NCBI GenBank assembly: GCA_024690825.1
Contig: JAILOK010000027.1
Coordinates: forward strand, 15,377 to 79,376
Direction of reading: 5' to 3'
DNA: 64,000 nucleotides
Source of the DNA: Lachnospiraceae bacterium
GTDB lineage: Bacteria > Bacillota > Clostridia > Lachnospirales > Lachnospiraceae
Shown here: positions 1 to 9,189 of the stretch, in pieces
Layout of the letters: every line of letters starts with the position of its first letter
Numbering within the stretch: position 1 is the stretch's first letter
Translations under genes and position numbers: made by a program
Notes under the pieces: model-generated
Database searches by the model: none
What the model was told of the DNA's origin: nothing
What the model saw: the letters and a program-made list of their open reading frames with translations, nothing else

Positions 1-926
1 GCCTTGTTCATATTTGCCTGGATCTTGAAAACAAAGGCGGAAAACGGCCTTTCTATCGGATCGACCACGCCGGTGTCCGCAACCCTCGGAAGAGGTGATG
101 AAGTCATCTTCAGGAAGTTCGTAAGAAAGATATCCACGCCGAAATTGGTGAGCGCCGATCCGAAAAAGACCGGAGAAAGCTTTCCGTGATCTACCTTTTC
201 CTGGTCAAAGGCAACGCTTGCGCCGTCAAGCAGATCGATCTCATCTTTCAGAGTGGAAAGAGCATCTTCACCGATTTTTTCCTTAAGTCCGGCTTCGTTT
301 TCTATTGATATGAATTCTTCTTTTCCTTCTTTTGTTCCCTTGAGAGTATCCGAAAAAAGTACAACGCTTGATGAAGCCCTGTCGTAGACGCCCTTAAATT
401 CCTTGCCGGAACCTATGGGCCAGTTGACGGGACAGGTTTCTATGCCCAGTTCCTTTTCGATCTCATCCACGAGATCAAAGGTATCCCTGGCTTCCCTGTC
501 CATTTTGTTTATAAAGGTAAATATCGGAATGCCGCGTCTGCCGCAGACTTTGAAAAGCTTCCTCGTCTGGGCCTCCACGCCTTTTGAAGCGTCTATCACC
601 ATGACGGCAGAATCGGCAGCCATGAGTGTCCTGTATGTATCCTCGGAAAAGTCCTGGTGTCCGGGAGTATCCAGAATGTTTATGCAGCATCCGTTGTACT
701 CAAACTGGAGCACGGAAGAGGTGACCGATATTCCTCTCTCCTTTTCTATGTCCATCCAGTCGGAAACCGCATGTCTTGCCGTAGCCTTTCCCTTTACGGA
801 GCCGGCCAGATTGATCTGTCCTCCATATAATAAGAACTTTTCCGTTAAAGTGGTCTTTCCTGCATCAGGGTGCGATATTATTGCGAAAGTACGCCTTTTT
901 CTTATCTCATTTTCAAGAACTGCCAA
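1..926 (-). CDS. prfC: Peptide chain release factor 3, N-terminal part; runs off the left edge
   Basis: Manual translation from TTG at 926 (RBS AAGGAG upstream) gives RRTFAIISHPDAGKTTLTEKFLL, ERGISVTSS and DTPGHQDFSEDTYRTL, all RF3 GTPase motifs. Absent from the ORF track because its stop lies outside the window. Confidence 0.95.
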   Translation of the reverse strand, partial: MAVLENEIRKRRTFAIISHPDAGKTTLTEKFLLYGGQINLAGSVKGKATARHAVSDWMDIEKERGISVTSSVLQFEYNGCCINILDTPGHQDFSEDTYRTLMAADSAVMVIDASKGVEAQTRKLFKVCGRRGIPIFTFINKMDREARDTFDLVDEIEKELGIETCPVNWPIGSGKEFKGVYDRASSSVVLFSDTLKGTKEGKEEFISIENEAGLKEKIGEDALSTLKDEIDLLDGASVAFDQEKVDHGKLSPVFFGSALTNFGVDIFLTNFLKMTSSPLPRVADTGVVDPIERPFSAFVFKIQANMNK

Positions 927-1041
927 AGTCTGTATTCTCCTTGTTCCTATGATTTAGTCATGCCCGCCCGTTTAGTTGACATAACTTCGAGATACCGCTT
1001 ATTGGCTGTTTTTCCGGAAAATGAGAGTATGGCGATCTGTT

Positions 1042-2208
1042 TTACATAAGAAGATCTGCGCCCTCTATATCGGGATCCGTACCGAGGTATCTTTCAACAG
1101 TATATCCTATATCCGCGTAGGTGTCACGCACTCCCGCGTTTTTCGGATTGACATTTCTGCCGTAGATTATGAGCGGAATGTATTCCCTGGTATGATCAGT
1201 GGATTTTGTATAAGCCGGATCGCAGCCGTGGTCGGCAGTCATTATCAGGATATCATCGTCTCTCATCTTTGCCGTTATCTCAGGGAGCCTGTCATCAAAG
1301 TATTTGAGAGCCTTCGCGTAACCGTCGACATCCCTTCTGTGACCGTAGAGCATGTCATAATCCACGAGATTTGTGAATATCAGTCCTTCAAAATCCCTGT
1401 CCATATATTCGAGGGTCCTGTCTATGCCCTCCGCGTTACCGGATGTGTATACATATTCGCTCATCCCCCTGCCTGCAAAGATATCATGTATCTTGCCTAC
1501 AGCCAGCACGGTCTTTTGGTTCCTTACAAGTTCATCAAGCATGGTATCCTTTGGAGGTTCTATCGAAAAATCGTGTCTTCTGGGCGTCCTCGTATAGTTT
1601 CCGTTGCCTTTTCCGATAAACGGACGGGCTATGACTCTTCCGACGCCGTGTTTTCCGGTCAGGATCTTCCTCGCCTGCCTGCAGTATTCATAGAGTTCCT
1701 CCACGGGAACGATATCCTCATGCGCCGCTATCTGAAAAACACTGTCCGCTGAAGTATAGACTATGAGCTTTCCCGTTGAAACATGTTCGTCTCCGTATTT
1801 ATTGATGACCTCCGTGCCGGAAAACGGAAGGTTACAGAGTATATCACGTCCCACAGCTTCTCTGAAGGGCTTCAGCACCTCCTCCGGAAATCCTTCGGGA
1901 TATGTCGGAAGCGGATGAGGCGTGATAATGCCGGCTATCTCCCAGTGTCCTATGGTCGTGTCCTTTCCCTTTGAGGCTTCGGCGCATTTGCAGTACAGAG
2001 CCGCAGGAGTGTCGGTTCCCTCAAGAAAATCGACGCCGTCTATATTGAAAAGTCCCATCTTTTTCATATTCGGCATATCAAAATAAGGGCTTTTCGAACA
2101 GCTTCTCAAAGTATTTACATCGTAATCTCCGAAATCCGGCGAATCGGGCATCTGTCCCACGCCGAAACTGTCGAGAACTATAAGTATGACTCTCCTGCTC
2201 ATGTTCAT
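1042..2208 (-). CDS. deoB: Phosphopentomutase
   Basis: RRVILIVLDSFGVG, SKGKDTTIGHWE, YTSADSVFQIAAHE, NLVDYDMLYGHRRD and TADHGCDP motifs; RBS AAGGAGG. Confidence 0.95.
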   Translation of the reverse strand: MNMSRRVILIVLDSFGVGQMPDSPDFGDYDVNTLRSCSKSPYFDMPNMKKMGLFNIDGVDFLEGTDTPAALYCKCAEASKGKDTTIGHWEIAGIITPHPLPTYPEGFPEEVLKPFREAVGRDILCNLPFSGTEVINKYGDEHVSTGKLIVYTSADSVFQIAAHEDIVPVEELYEYCRQARKILTGKHGVGRVIARPFIGKGNGNYTRTPRRHDFSIEPPKDTMLDELVRNQKTVLAVGKIHDIFAGRGMSEYVYTSGNAEGIDRTLEYMDRDFEGLIFTNLVDYDMLYGHRRDVDGYAKALKYFDDRLPEITAKMRDDDILIMTADHGCDPAYTKSTDHTREYIPLIIYGRNVNPKNAGVRDTYADIGYTVERYLGTDPDIEGADLLM

Positions 2209-2228
2209 AACCTCCTTAAGATAAATTT

Positions 2229-2257
2229 AGTATATCGAACGCCTGTTCGTATGTCAA
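2229..2257 (-). promoter_or_regulatory. sigmaA promoter of deoB with an SOS (LexA/DinR) box in the spacer
   Basis: Minus strand TTGACA(2257-2252)-N17-TATACT(2234-2229). The spacer contains CGAACAGGCGTTCG (2249-2236), matching the Firmicute consensus CGAACRNRYGTTYG. Confidence 0.8.
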
Positions 2258-2267
2258 TAAAAATCTT

Positions 2268-3731
2268 TTAAAAATTCAGTTCTTTTATATACCGCTCTTC
2301 AAATCCTTTTTCGGCAGCCAGATCAACATAACGACAGTTATTTCTAATCTTTTCGATTTCCTTCATATTATCATTTAAATTGCCTTCGAGAAATCTGACC
2401 GCTCCCGCCAGACTCGTATTTCCGGGAGCCACAGTCTTTGTTACAAGCTCCGCAGGTATCATTCCTATCACGGCAGCCTTCACGGGATCTATATGGCAGC
2501 CGAATCCTCCGGCTAAATATACTTTTGATACATCTTTATAATAACGACCGGTTTTTTTAAGCAGGATATCTATGCCCGCCCTTATTGCCGCCTTTGCCAG
2601 CTGAACCTGCCTGACATCCTCTCTGGTGAAAAATATCTTCGCCGGATCGGATGTAACAAGAAAATCTTCTTCCATAAATCCATCCCGGGCAATCAATTCA
2701 TTTTCCAGAAGCTCCGCAGTCATTTCTATGACCCCTGTCCCGCAAAGCCCTGTTGGTGGTAATTTGTTGATAGTTTCAAGTGTTACTTCAAAAGTGTTAT
2801 TTAATTTAACCCCGCAAATTGCGCCACTTGTCGACGGAACCCCGTATTTTACGCAACCTCCCTCAAATACTGGGCCTGCAGCGGTCGAAGAAGTAAAAAT
2901 AACACCGCCGTCAGATACCGCAATTTCGCCGTTTGTGCCAAGATCGATAAAAATATCGGTCTCGTTTTCAACAGGTAATCCACAGGCAAAAAGACCGGAA
3001 ATGATATCACCGCCAATAAAAGCACCCGTTCCTGGCATTATGTAAACTAAAATGTTATTCAACCCCTCCAAGCCCTCAAAAATATCCCCGATAGTGGTCG
3101 TTATAGTGTCAATCACAACTGTTTCATATGGATAACGACCCAGGCCGGAAATATCATATCCCATCAGTGAATGTACTATGGTTGCGTTACCCGCGATCGA
3201 GACACCTGCTATATTATCGACTCTTGCGTCTGTAATAAGACGCGAAATGATCCCGGCCGTATCTCTCCTCAGAAGTCTCGTTAATTCCTCCGCAGCGCCC
3301 TCCTGGGCGGCCCTGATACGGGATATTATGTCAGAACCGTATATTTTCTGGGAATTTACAGCTGTTTCCGATGATATGACCTTTTGTGGACACCCGCTGT
3401 CCAACACGGTCAGAACCCCTGCCAGAGTGGTTGTGCCTATATCAATGGAAATCCCGTATTTATCAGCTTTATCACACGGATAACATTCGTTTTTTGTGCC
3501 CTTTTCAGGCCCGTTTCCGGCATCCGTCAGACCGACTATCGACATTTCGGGTCTTTTATCCACAATACGAATACTCATGCCCTTTTTATATGTTATTTTG
3601 CAAGCTTTATGTAAACTCTTTTTGCCGTTTTCGTCCGTGATCTCGACCAGACAAGTCCCGCAGGTCCCATTTCCTCCACAATCAGATGCTATTTCCACAC
3701 CGGCTGCTCTGAGATGTTCAAGAACTGTCAT
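2268..3731 (-). CDS. ASKHA-type reductive activator of corrinoid proteins (RACo/DUF4445) with N-terminal 2Fe-2S motif
   Basis: CGGNGTCGTC...C ferredoxin motif, IDIGTTT, YGSDIISRI, DLGTNGEI, TAAGPVFEG, GLCGTG, DVRQVQLAKAAIRAGI, YLAGGFG. Confidence 0.85.
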   Translation of the reverse strand: MTVLEHLRAAGVEIASDCGGNGTCGTCLVEITDENGKKSLHKACKITYKKGMSIRIVDKRPEMSIVGLTDAGNGPEKGTKNECYPCDKADKYGISIDIGTTTLAGVLTVLDSGCPQKVISSETAVNSQKIYGSDIISRIRAAQEGAAEELTRLLRRDTAGIISRLITDARVDNIAGVSIAGNATIVHSLMGYDISGLGRYPYETVVIDTITTTIGDIFEGLEGLNNILVYIMPGTGAFIGGDIISGLFACGLPVENETDIFIDLGTNGEIAVSDGGVIFTSSTAAGPVFEGGCVKYGVPSTSGAICGVKLNNTFEVTLETINKLPPTGLCGTGVIEMTAELLENELIARDGFMEEDFLVTSDPAKIFFTREDVRQVQLAKAAIRAGIDILLKKTGRYYKDVSKVYLAGGFGCHIDPVKAAVIGMIPAELVTKTVAPGNTSLAGAVRFLEGNLNDNMKEIEKIRNNCRYVDLAAEKGFEERYIKELNF

Positions 3732-3796
3732 TATTTAATTTTCTCCCTGATTTTTGTACATAACTGCAGTTATTCTTAACTACCGAAATTATTTGA

Positions 3797-3925
3797 TAAC
3801 TTTCGATTGGTAACTTTAGTTTTTATAACTTTTACTATGATTTGTTAAATAACTTAAGATAGGTAATTGTTGTTGGGTAACTTTTGATAGATAACTTAAG
3901 ATAGGTAACCTTTGTTAGGTATCTT
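3797..3925. repeat. Degenerate ~14-bp tandem repeat array
   Basis: TAAC/TAAT/TATC unit heads at 3797, 3811, 3826, 3850, 3864, 3878, 3892, 3906 and 3920. TAACTTAAGATAGGTAA is exact at 3850 and 3892. Confidence 0.75.
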
Positions 3926-4070
3926 GTGCTCTGTTTTTCATTTTACTATCATAATTAATTATGATAGTACAGATTTACATAAAATTCAAGAGATATATCT
4001 GCATGAGTCAGGCGGCGAAGCGAGGGTCGTGTTGAAGATCAGTTTGTCCGGTTTTAATGTAAAACAAGCA

Positions 4071-4110
4071 AAGAAAAAGCCCCGGAATTATCTGATAATT
4101 CCGGGGCTTT
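4071..4110 (-). terminator. Intrinsic terminator downstream of ppdK
   Basis: Perfect inverted repeat AAAGCCCCGGAATTATC / GATAATTCCGGGGCTTT (4076-4110), followed by a T tract on the minus strand. Confidence 0.85.
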
Positions 4111-4141
4111 ATACAGCCTTGTTCTTATTATACAGCTCTTA

Positions 4142-6775
4142 TTATGCCTGTATTCCCATCTCCTCCAATGCTGCCTGGGCTGCTGCAAGCCTTGCTATCG
4201 GCACCCTGAAGGGCGAGCATGATACATAGTTGAGACCTACCTTGTGGCAGAAGAATACGGATGACGGATCTCCGCCGTGCTCTCCGCAGATTCCTATACG
4301 CAGGTCAGGATTGCTCTCCCTGCCCTTCTTCGTTGCCATCTCGATAAGCTGTCCCACACCGCTCTGATCGAGCTTTGCAAACGGATCCGACTCGTAGATC
4401 TTGGCCTTGTAGTAAGCCGGCAGGAACTTGCCTGCATCATCTCTTGAAAATCCGAAGGTCATCTGTGTCAGATCGTTGGTTCCGAATGAGAAGAAATCCG
4501 CTTCCTTTGCGATCTCATCTGCAGTAAGCGCTGCTCTGGGGATCTCGATCATGGTACCGATATGATAAACGATATCTGAATTTCTTTCCTTCTTTACATG
4601 CTCGGCTGTCTTGATACAGACTTCCTTCACATATTTAAGTTCCTTTGCATCTCCGACAAGCGGGATCATGATCTCAGGCTCGATAGAGAAGCCTTCCACA
4701 TCCTCAACCTCGATGGCTGCTTCCATGACGGCCCTTGTCTGCATCTCGGCGATCTCGGGATAAGTGACTGCCAGACGGCATCCCCTGTGTCCCATCATGG
4801 GATTGACTTCATGCAGGTTATTGCAGGCTTCCTTTACTTCCTCAACCGAGATGCTCATCATATCAGCCAGTTCCTTGATATCCTTGTCATTGTTTGGAAC
4901 GAATTCATGAAGCGGCGGATCGAGGAACCTGATCGTAACCGGTCTTCCCTTAAGGGCTGTGTAGAGGCCCTTGAAATCTGCCTTCTGATAAGGGATCAGC
5001 TCGTAAAGCGCCTTCTTTCTTTCATCATATGTCTTTGAAAGGATCATGCGGCGAAGCTTCGGTATCCTGTCGGGATTGAAGAACATGTGCTCTGTACGGC
5101 ACAGACCGATGCCCTCGGCGCCGTTCCTGACTGCAGTCTCCGCATCAGCCGGAGTATCGGCATTTGTGTAAACCTTGAGTTTGCGGAGAGCGTCAGCCCA
5201 GCCCATGAGTCTCTTGAAATTACCCGATATCTCAGCTTCGCTGGTTGCGATATCGCCCTTGTAGATCTTTCCCGTGGAACCGTCAAGTGAGATGTAATCA
5301 CCCTCTTTGAAGGTCTCGCCTCCCAAAGTAAAGGTCTTGTTCTCTTCATCCATCACTATATCGCCGCAGCCGGAGATACAGCATGTACCCATGCCTCTTG
5401 CAACAACCGCGGCGTGGCTTGTCATACCGCCTCTGACCGTAAGGACACCCTCTGATGAGTGCATTCCCTCGATATCCTCAGGGCTTGTCTCAAGCCTTAC
5501 AAGGATCGTTCTCTGGCCTGCCTTGTGAGCGGCCACTGCATCAGCAGCAGTGAAATAAACGCGTCCCGATGCAGCTCCGGGAGATGCCGGAAGCGCCGAT
5601 CCGACCACCTTTGCCTTCTTGACGGCTTCGGGATCGAAATTCGGGTGAAGGAGCTGGTCGAGCGACTTGGGCTCTATCCTCATGACAGCTTCCTTTAATG
5701 ATATCTTGCCCTCGTCCACAAGGTCGCATGCGATCTGCAGAGCTGCGGCAGCTGTCCTCTTTCCGTTTCTGGTCTGCAGGAAATAGAGCTTTTCTTCCTC
5801 GATGGTAAATTCCATATCCTGCATATCGCGGTAGTGATTCTCAAGCTTTCTGGCTATTCCCATGAACTGCTTGTAAACCTCGGGCATATCCTCCGCAAGC
5901 TTTGAGATCGGCTGGGGAGTACGGACACCGGCAACGACATCCTCTCCCTGTGCATTGATGAGGTATTCACCGAAAATACCCTGTTCGCCGGTGGCGGGGT
6001 TCCTGGTGAATGCCACGCCCGTACCGGACTTGTCGCCCATATTACCGAAAACCATCGACTGCACATTTACGGCCGTACCCCAGTCGCCCGGGATATCGTT
6101 CATGCGGCGGTAGATGATCGCTCTTTCATTGTCCCATGAACGGAACACCGCGCGCACAGCCTCGATAAGCTGAACCTTGGGATCCTGAGGAAATTCCTCT
6201 CCCATCGCATCCTTGTAAATGGCTTTAAACCTCTTGATGAGTTCCTTTAAGTCATCCGCGGTCATGTCGACATCAAACTTGATGCCCTTCTTTTCCTTTA
6301 TCGCGTCTATTTCCTTCTCAAAAAGGGACTTGCTCACTTCCATGACAACATCAGAGAACATCTGGATGAATCTCCTGTAGGAGTCATAAGCAAATCTCGG
6401 ATTACCGGTCTTTTTTGCAAAGCCCTCCACCGAAATATCATTCAATCCCAGGTTAAGGATGGTATCCATCATACCCGGCATCGAAGCGCGGGCTCCGGAA
6501 CGCACGGACACAAGGAGCGGATTGTCAACATCTCCAAACTTCTTGCCCTGTTTCTCCTCGAGCCATTTGAGAGCCTCGAATATCTGCTCCTGGATCTCCA
6601 TCGGTATCTCACGGTTTCTCTCGTAATACTCCGTGCAGGCCTCGGTGGTGATGGTGAAGCCCTGGGGTATGGGCAGACCGAGGTTTGTCATCTCGGCAAG
6701 ACCGGCCCCTTTGCCGCCGAGCAGATTTCTCATGCCGGCGTTTCCTTCATGGAAGTAATAGACCCATTTCTTCAT
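4142..6775 (-). CDS. ppdK: Pyruvate, phosphate dikinase
   Basis: LLGGKGAGLAEM, PLLVSVRSGA, GGMTSHAAVVARG (phospho-His motif), GIGLCRTEHMF, FSFGTNDLTQ, GICGEHGGDP; 877 aa. Confidence 0.98.
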   Translation of the reverse strand: MKKWVYYFHEGNAGMRNLLGGKGAGLAEMTNLGLPIPQGFTITTEACTEYYERNREIPMEIQEQIFEALKWLEEKQGKKFGDVDNPLLVSVRSGARASMPGMMDTILNLGLNDISVEGFAKKTGNPRFAYDSYRRFIQMFSDVVMEVSKSLFEKEIDAIKEKKGIKFDVDMTADDLKELIKRFKAIYKDAMGEEFPQDPKVQLIEAVRAVFRSWDNERAIIYRRMNDIPGDWGTAVNVQSMVFGNMGDKSGTGVAFTRNPATGEQGIFGEYLINAQGEDVVAGVRTPQPISKLAEDMPEVYKQFMGIARKLENHYRDMQDMEFTIEEEKLYFLQTRNGKRTAAAALQIACDLVDEGKISLKEAVMRIEPKSLDQLLHPNFDPEAVKKAKVVGSALPASPGAASGRVYFTAADAVAAHKAGQRTILVRLETSPEDIEGMHSSEGVLTVRGGMTSHAAVVARGMGTCCISGCGDIVMDEENKTFTLGGETFKEGDYISLDGSTGKIYKGDIATSEAEISGNFKRLMGWADALRKLKVYTNADTPADAETAVRNGAEGIGLCRTEHMFFNPDRIPKLRRMILSKTYDERKKALYELIPYQKADFKGLYTALKGRPVTIRFLDPPLHEFVPNNDKDIKELADMMSISVEEVKEACNNLHEVNPMMGHRGCRLAVTYPEIAEMQTRAVMEAAIEVEDVEGFSIEPEIMIPLVGDAKELKYVKEVCIKTAEHVKKERNSDIVYHIGTMIEIPRAALTADEIAKEADFFSFGTNDLTQMTFGFSRDDAGKFLPAYYKAKIYESDPFAKLDQSGVGQLIEMATKKGRESNPDLRIGICGEHGGDPSSVFFCHKVGLNYVSCSPFRVPIARLAAAQAALEEMGIQA

Positions 6776-6972
6776 TCTAAGAAAATCCCCTTTCTAAGTA
6801 ATTGTGAGTATCTTTTAACATCAGTCTCCGCGCCTGCTTTCCGTGGAGCACAGTGCATAAAACTGACATCAAATCATTATACAATAAAACCGTCCGCCTT
6901 GTCTAATGAAAGCCTTTCCACTGTCTAAAAGCCGTATGATGAAAAGAGCGCATATCGTTTGACCGGATACTC

Positions 6973-8511
6973 TCAGGGCTTCATCTGCTCATCGATCCAT
7001 GCCGCCCTGGTGCTGTAAAAAGAGACGATATCATCACAGTACTCATCATAATCATCGATATCCCCGTAAATGCTCTTCTCTCCGAACTGATTGGCGTAGC
7101 CGTATAACAAGAAGTTCAAACGGCCGTCCTGCGCAAGGATCCTTCTCTGTGCTGCAAACTCATCTGTCCCCGAAAGCAGCGCCTCCCTCACTCCGCCGTT
7201 AAAATACTCATCGGCGACAGCCTTCTTAAAATCTTCATTCTTAAAAAGTTCCCTGTACCAGCCCGCATTCCGGACGCGCCAGCCTTCAGGCGTATCAAAA
7301 GACATGCCTTCCTTTTCATAGGGCGAACCGAGAGCCAGATCCATGTCCCAGACCGGCCCCATGTGCATCCTTCCGTCATTTTTCAGATAATACATATATA
7401 CGCTTCTCTGCCAGGCATCAAAATTCATCGATGCCTCTTCGATCCAGTAATATTTCGCAAGAAGACTGAGGTCACAGACATCTTTAAGCGCTGCATTTTC
7501 CGGATCTTCGATTGTATTTATGTAAACCTGCAATAAGGACAAAGCCTCTGCCATCTCTCTTTGGTCTGCATTTTCAGGATATAGCAGATCCGCCACAGGA
7601 TACTCCATTCCGTCCTCAAACCATGTCTCGGATCTGTATAATAAAGGCTGATCCTGCTCGGGCGGATCCATCTTGTAGAAATAATCGCCCTCTTTTAAGG
7701 GGATCCTGTTTTTGTCAACGGTAACCTTTGTCGTCAGCGTATACACGCCGCAGTACTTTCCGTCCACATAGAGGTTTATGTTTCTCATGCCCGGCTGGTA
7801 CGGTATTCCGGCCTCTTCGGCGATCTTATTAAAAGTAATGTTCTTTAATAGGGACACATCAAAAGCGTTTCCCACCAGATTCCAGTTTTTGTTTTTTCCC
7901 AGACCGAGCAGATCCACGGCCTTATTAAGCCGCAGCGAATAAGACTTTTTGCTGTCAGCGCCCCAGCTCGACGATCCTCTTCCCTGCAAAGATGCGTTCA
8001 GACCCGAAATATCTATTGTCCTGTCTCCCGCACATATATGCGTTATCCCCGTACATATCACGCTCTTGTCTTCCGAAGCGTTCATGGCTTCATATTCTGC
8101 CGGATCGGACGATTCAAAAAACAGGGTCGGAATGCAGTGCTCATCGAGCACGACCTGCCACGGACCAAGCATCGCGGTCTGCGTTAGATCAAAAACGCGT
8201 CTGGCAAGGAGGATCCCTCCCGCATCCCTGATATAAACCACCACCGCTTTTTTATACACTCCGGGCGGCAGCGTCAGATGAATATAACCGTCACCGAGAC
8301 TGTAGCCCTCCACATCACAGGGAATGCCGCGGTTTTCATCACCTGAAACAACAACTTCAAAATACGGAAGTTCCGCGATCATTTCATCAGTATAGCCAAG
8401 ATTCGGCCTTATAAGCCTTTCCGCGCTTATTTTTTCACACAAAAGAGCCCCTGCCATAGCAGCGGCCCCTATGATAAGTGATAATAAAAGCAAACCGGTT
8501 CTTTTCTTCAA
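6973..8511 (-). CDS. CotH-kinase-family exported protein
   Basis: N-terminal signal/anchor; QGRGSSSW, KKSYSLRL, WNLVGNAFDVSLLKN, LYVDGKYCGVY and GPVWDMDLALG are CotH-like motifs. TTG start 3 bp after the DUF4956 stop. Confidence 0.85.
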   Translation of the reverse strand: MKKRTGLLLLSLIIGAAAMAGALLCEKISAERLIRPNLGYTDEMIAELPYFEVVVSGDENRGIPCDVEGYSLGDGYIHLTLPPGVYKKAVVVYIRDAGGILLARRVFDLTQTAMLGPWQVVLDEHCIPTLFFESSDPAEYEAMNASEDKSVICTGITHICAGDRTIDISGLNASLQGRGSSSWGADSKKSYSLRLNKAVDLLGLGKNKNWNLVGNAFDVSLLKNITFNKIAEEAGIPYQPGMRNINLYVDGKYCGVYTLTTKVTVDKNRIPLKEGDYFYKMDPPEQDQPLLYRSETWFEDGMEYPVADLLYPENADQREMAEALSLLQVYINTIEDPENAALKDVCDLSLLAKYYWIEEASMNFDAWQRSVYMYYLKNDGRMHMGPVWDMDLALGSPYEKEGMSFDTPEGWRVRNAGWYRELFKNEDFKKAVADEYFNGGVREALLSGTDEFAAQRRILAQDGRLNFLLYGYANQFGEKSIYGDIDDYDEYCDDIVSFYSTRAAWIDEQMKP

Positions 8512-8514
8512 ATC

Positions 8515-9189
8515 CTAACCCCTGAATTCACCGTCATGCGCAACCAAAGACACACTGTCGACACCATTCAGTTCCCTTACCGCGCCGATCAGTCCGTCGG
8601 GATCCTTCACCCTCACCTCAAACACCGAATTTGTTCCGGACGAAGTAACATTTACGGATTTTACGCTCACTACCCGTCCGTATTGTCCGACGGCATTTCT
8701 TATCTCATCAGTTGATATCCTGCCCGTAAAACCGACAAACAGAAGCTGCCCTGTTTTTATTTCCGGGATAAACTTTAAGACCGCGACCGCGATCGTAACG
8801 CATACCGCCAGAATGACGGCGACCTTGTACAGTCCGGCTCCGCAGATGATGCCCGTTCCGATCGACCAGAAGAGAAACAGAAGATCTATCGGCTCTTTTA
8901 TTGCGGTACGGAACCTGACTATGGAAAGCGCGCCGACCATACCGAGCGAGATCACGAGGCTGCTCTGCATCGCCATGATGATCCCGGCCGTAACTATCGA
9001 CATCGCAACCATCGCTATATTGTATTCCTTTGAATAAAAGGCATTCTGTGTTACGAATCTGTATACGAAAAACAGATACAGGGCTATCAGAAATGTGATG
9101 CCGAAGGTGGTAAGTATCTGGGCGGCCGTTATATCCGCTCCCGAAAAACCGTTTAAGACGCTGTCTGTTATTATATCTTTGAAGCTCAT
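8515..9189 (-). CDS. DUF4956-family membrane protein
   Basis: SLGMVGALSIVRFRTAIKEP and LFWSIGTGIICG motifs; 4-5 TM segments plus an ACT-like C-terminus; ATGA overlap with the VTC gene. Confidence 0.88.
   Translation of the reverse strand: MSFKDIITDSVLNGFSGADITAAQILTTFGITFLIALYLFFVYRFVTQNAFYSKEYNIAMVAMSIVTAGIIMAMQSSLVISLGMVGALSIVRFRTAIKEPIDLLFLFWSIGTGIICGAGLYKVAVILAVCVTIAVAVLKFIPEIKTGQLLFVGFTGRISTDEIRNAVGQYGRVVSVKSVNVTSSGTNSVFEVRVKDPDGLIGAVRELNGVDSVSLVAHDGEFRG

Noticed and set aside
1021-1752. 243-aa plus-strand ORF, and similar antisense ORFs (4598-5038, 32894-33595, 38992-39669, 49999-50646, 58796-59545)
   Set aside because: Shadow frames fully overlapping well-supported minus-strand genes; no motifs or RBS support.
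6821-6870. Riboswitch in the ppdK leader
   Set aside because: Only a weak interrupted stem; no recognisable aptamer or terminator.
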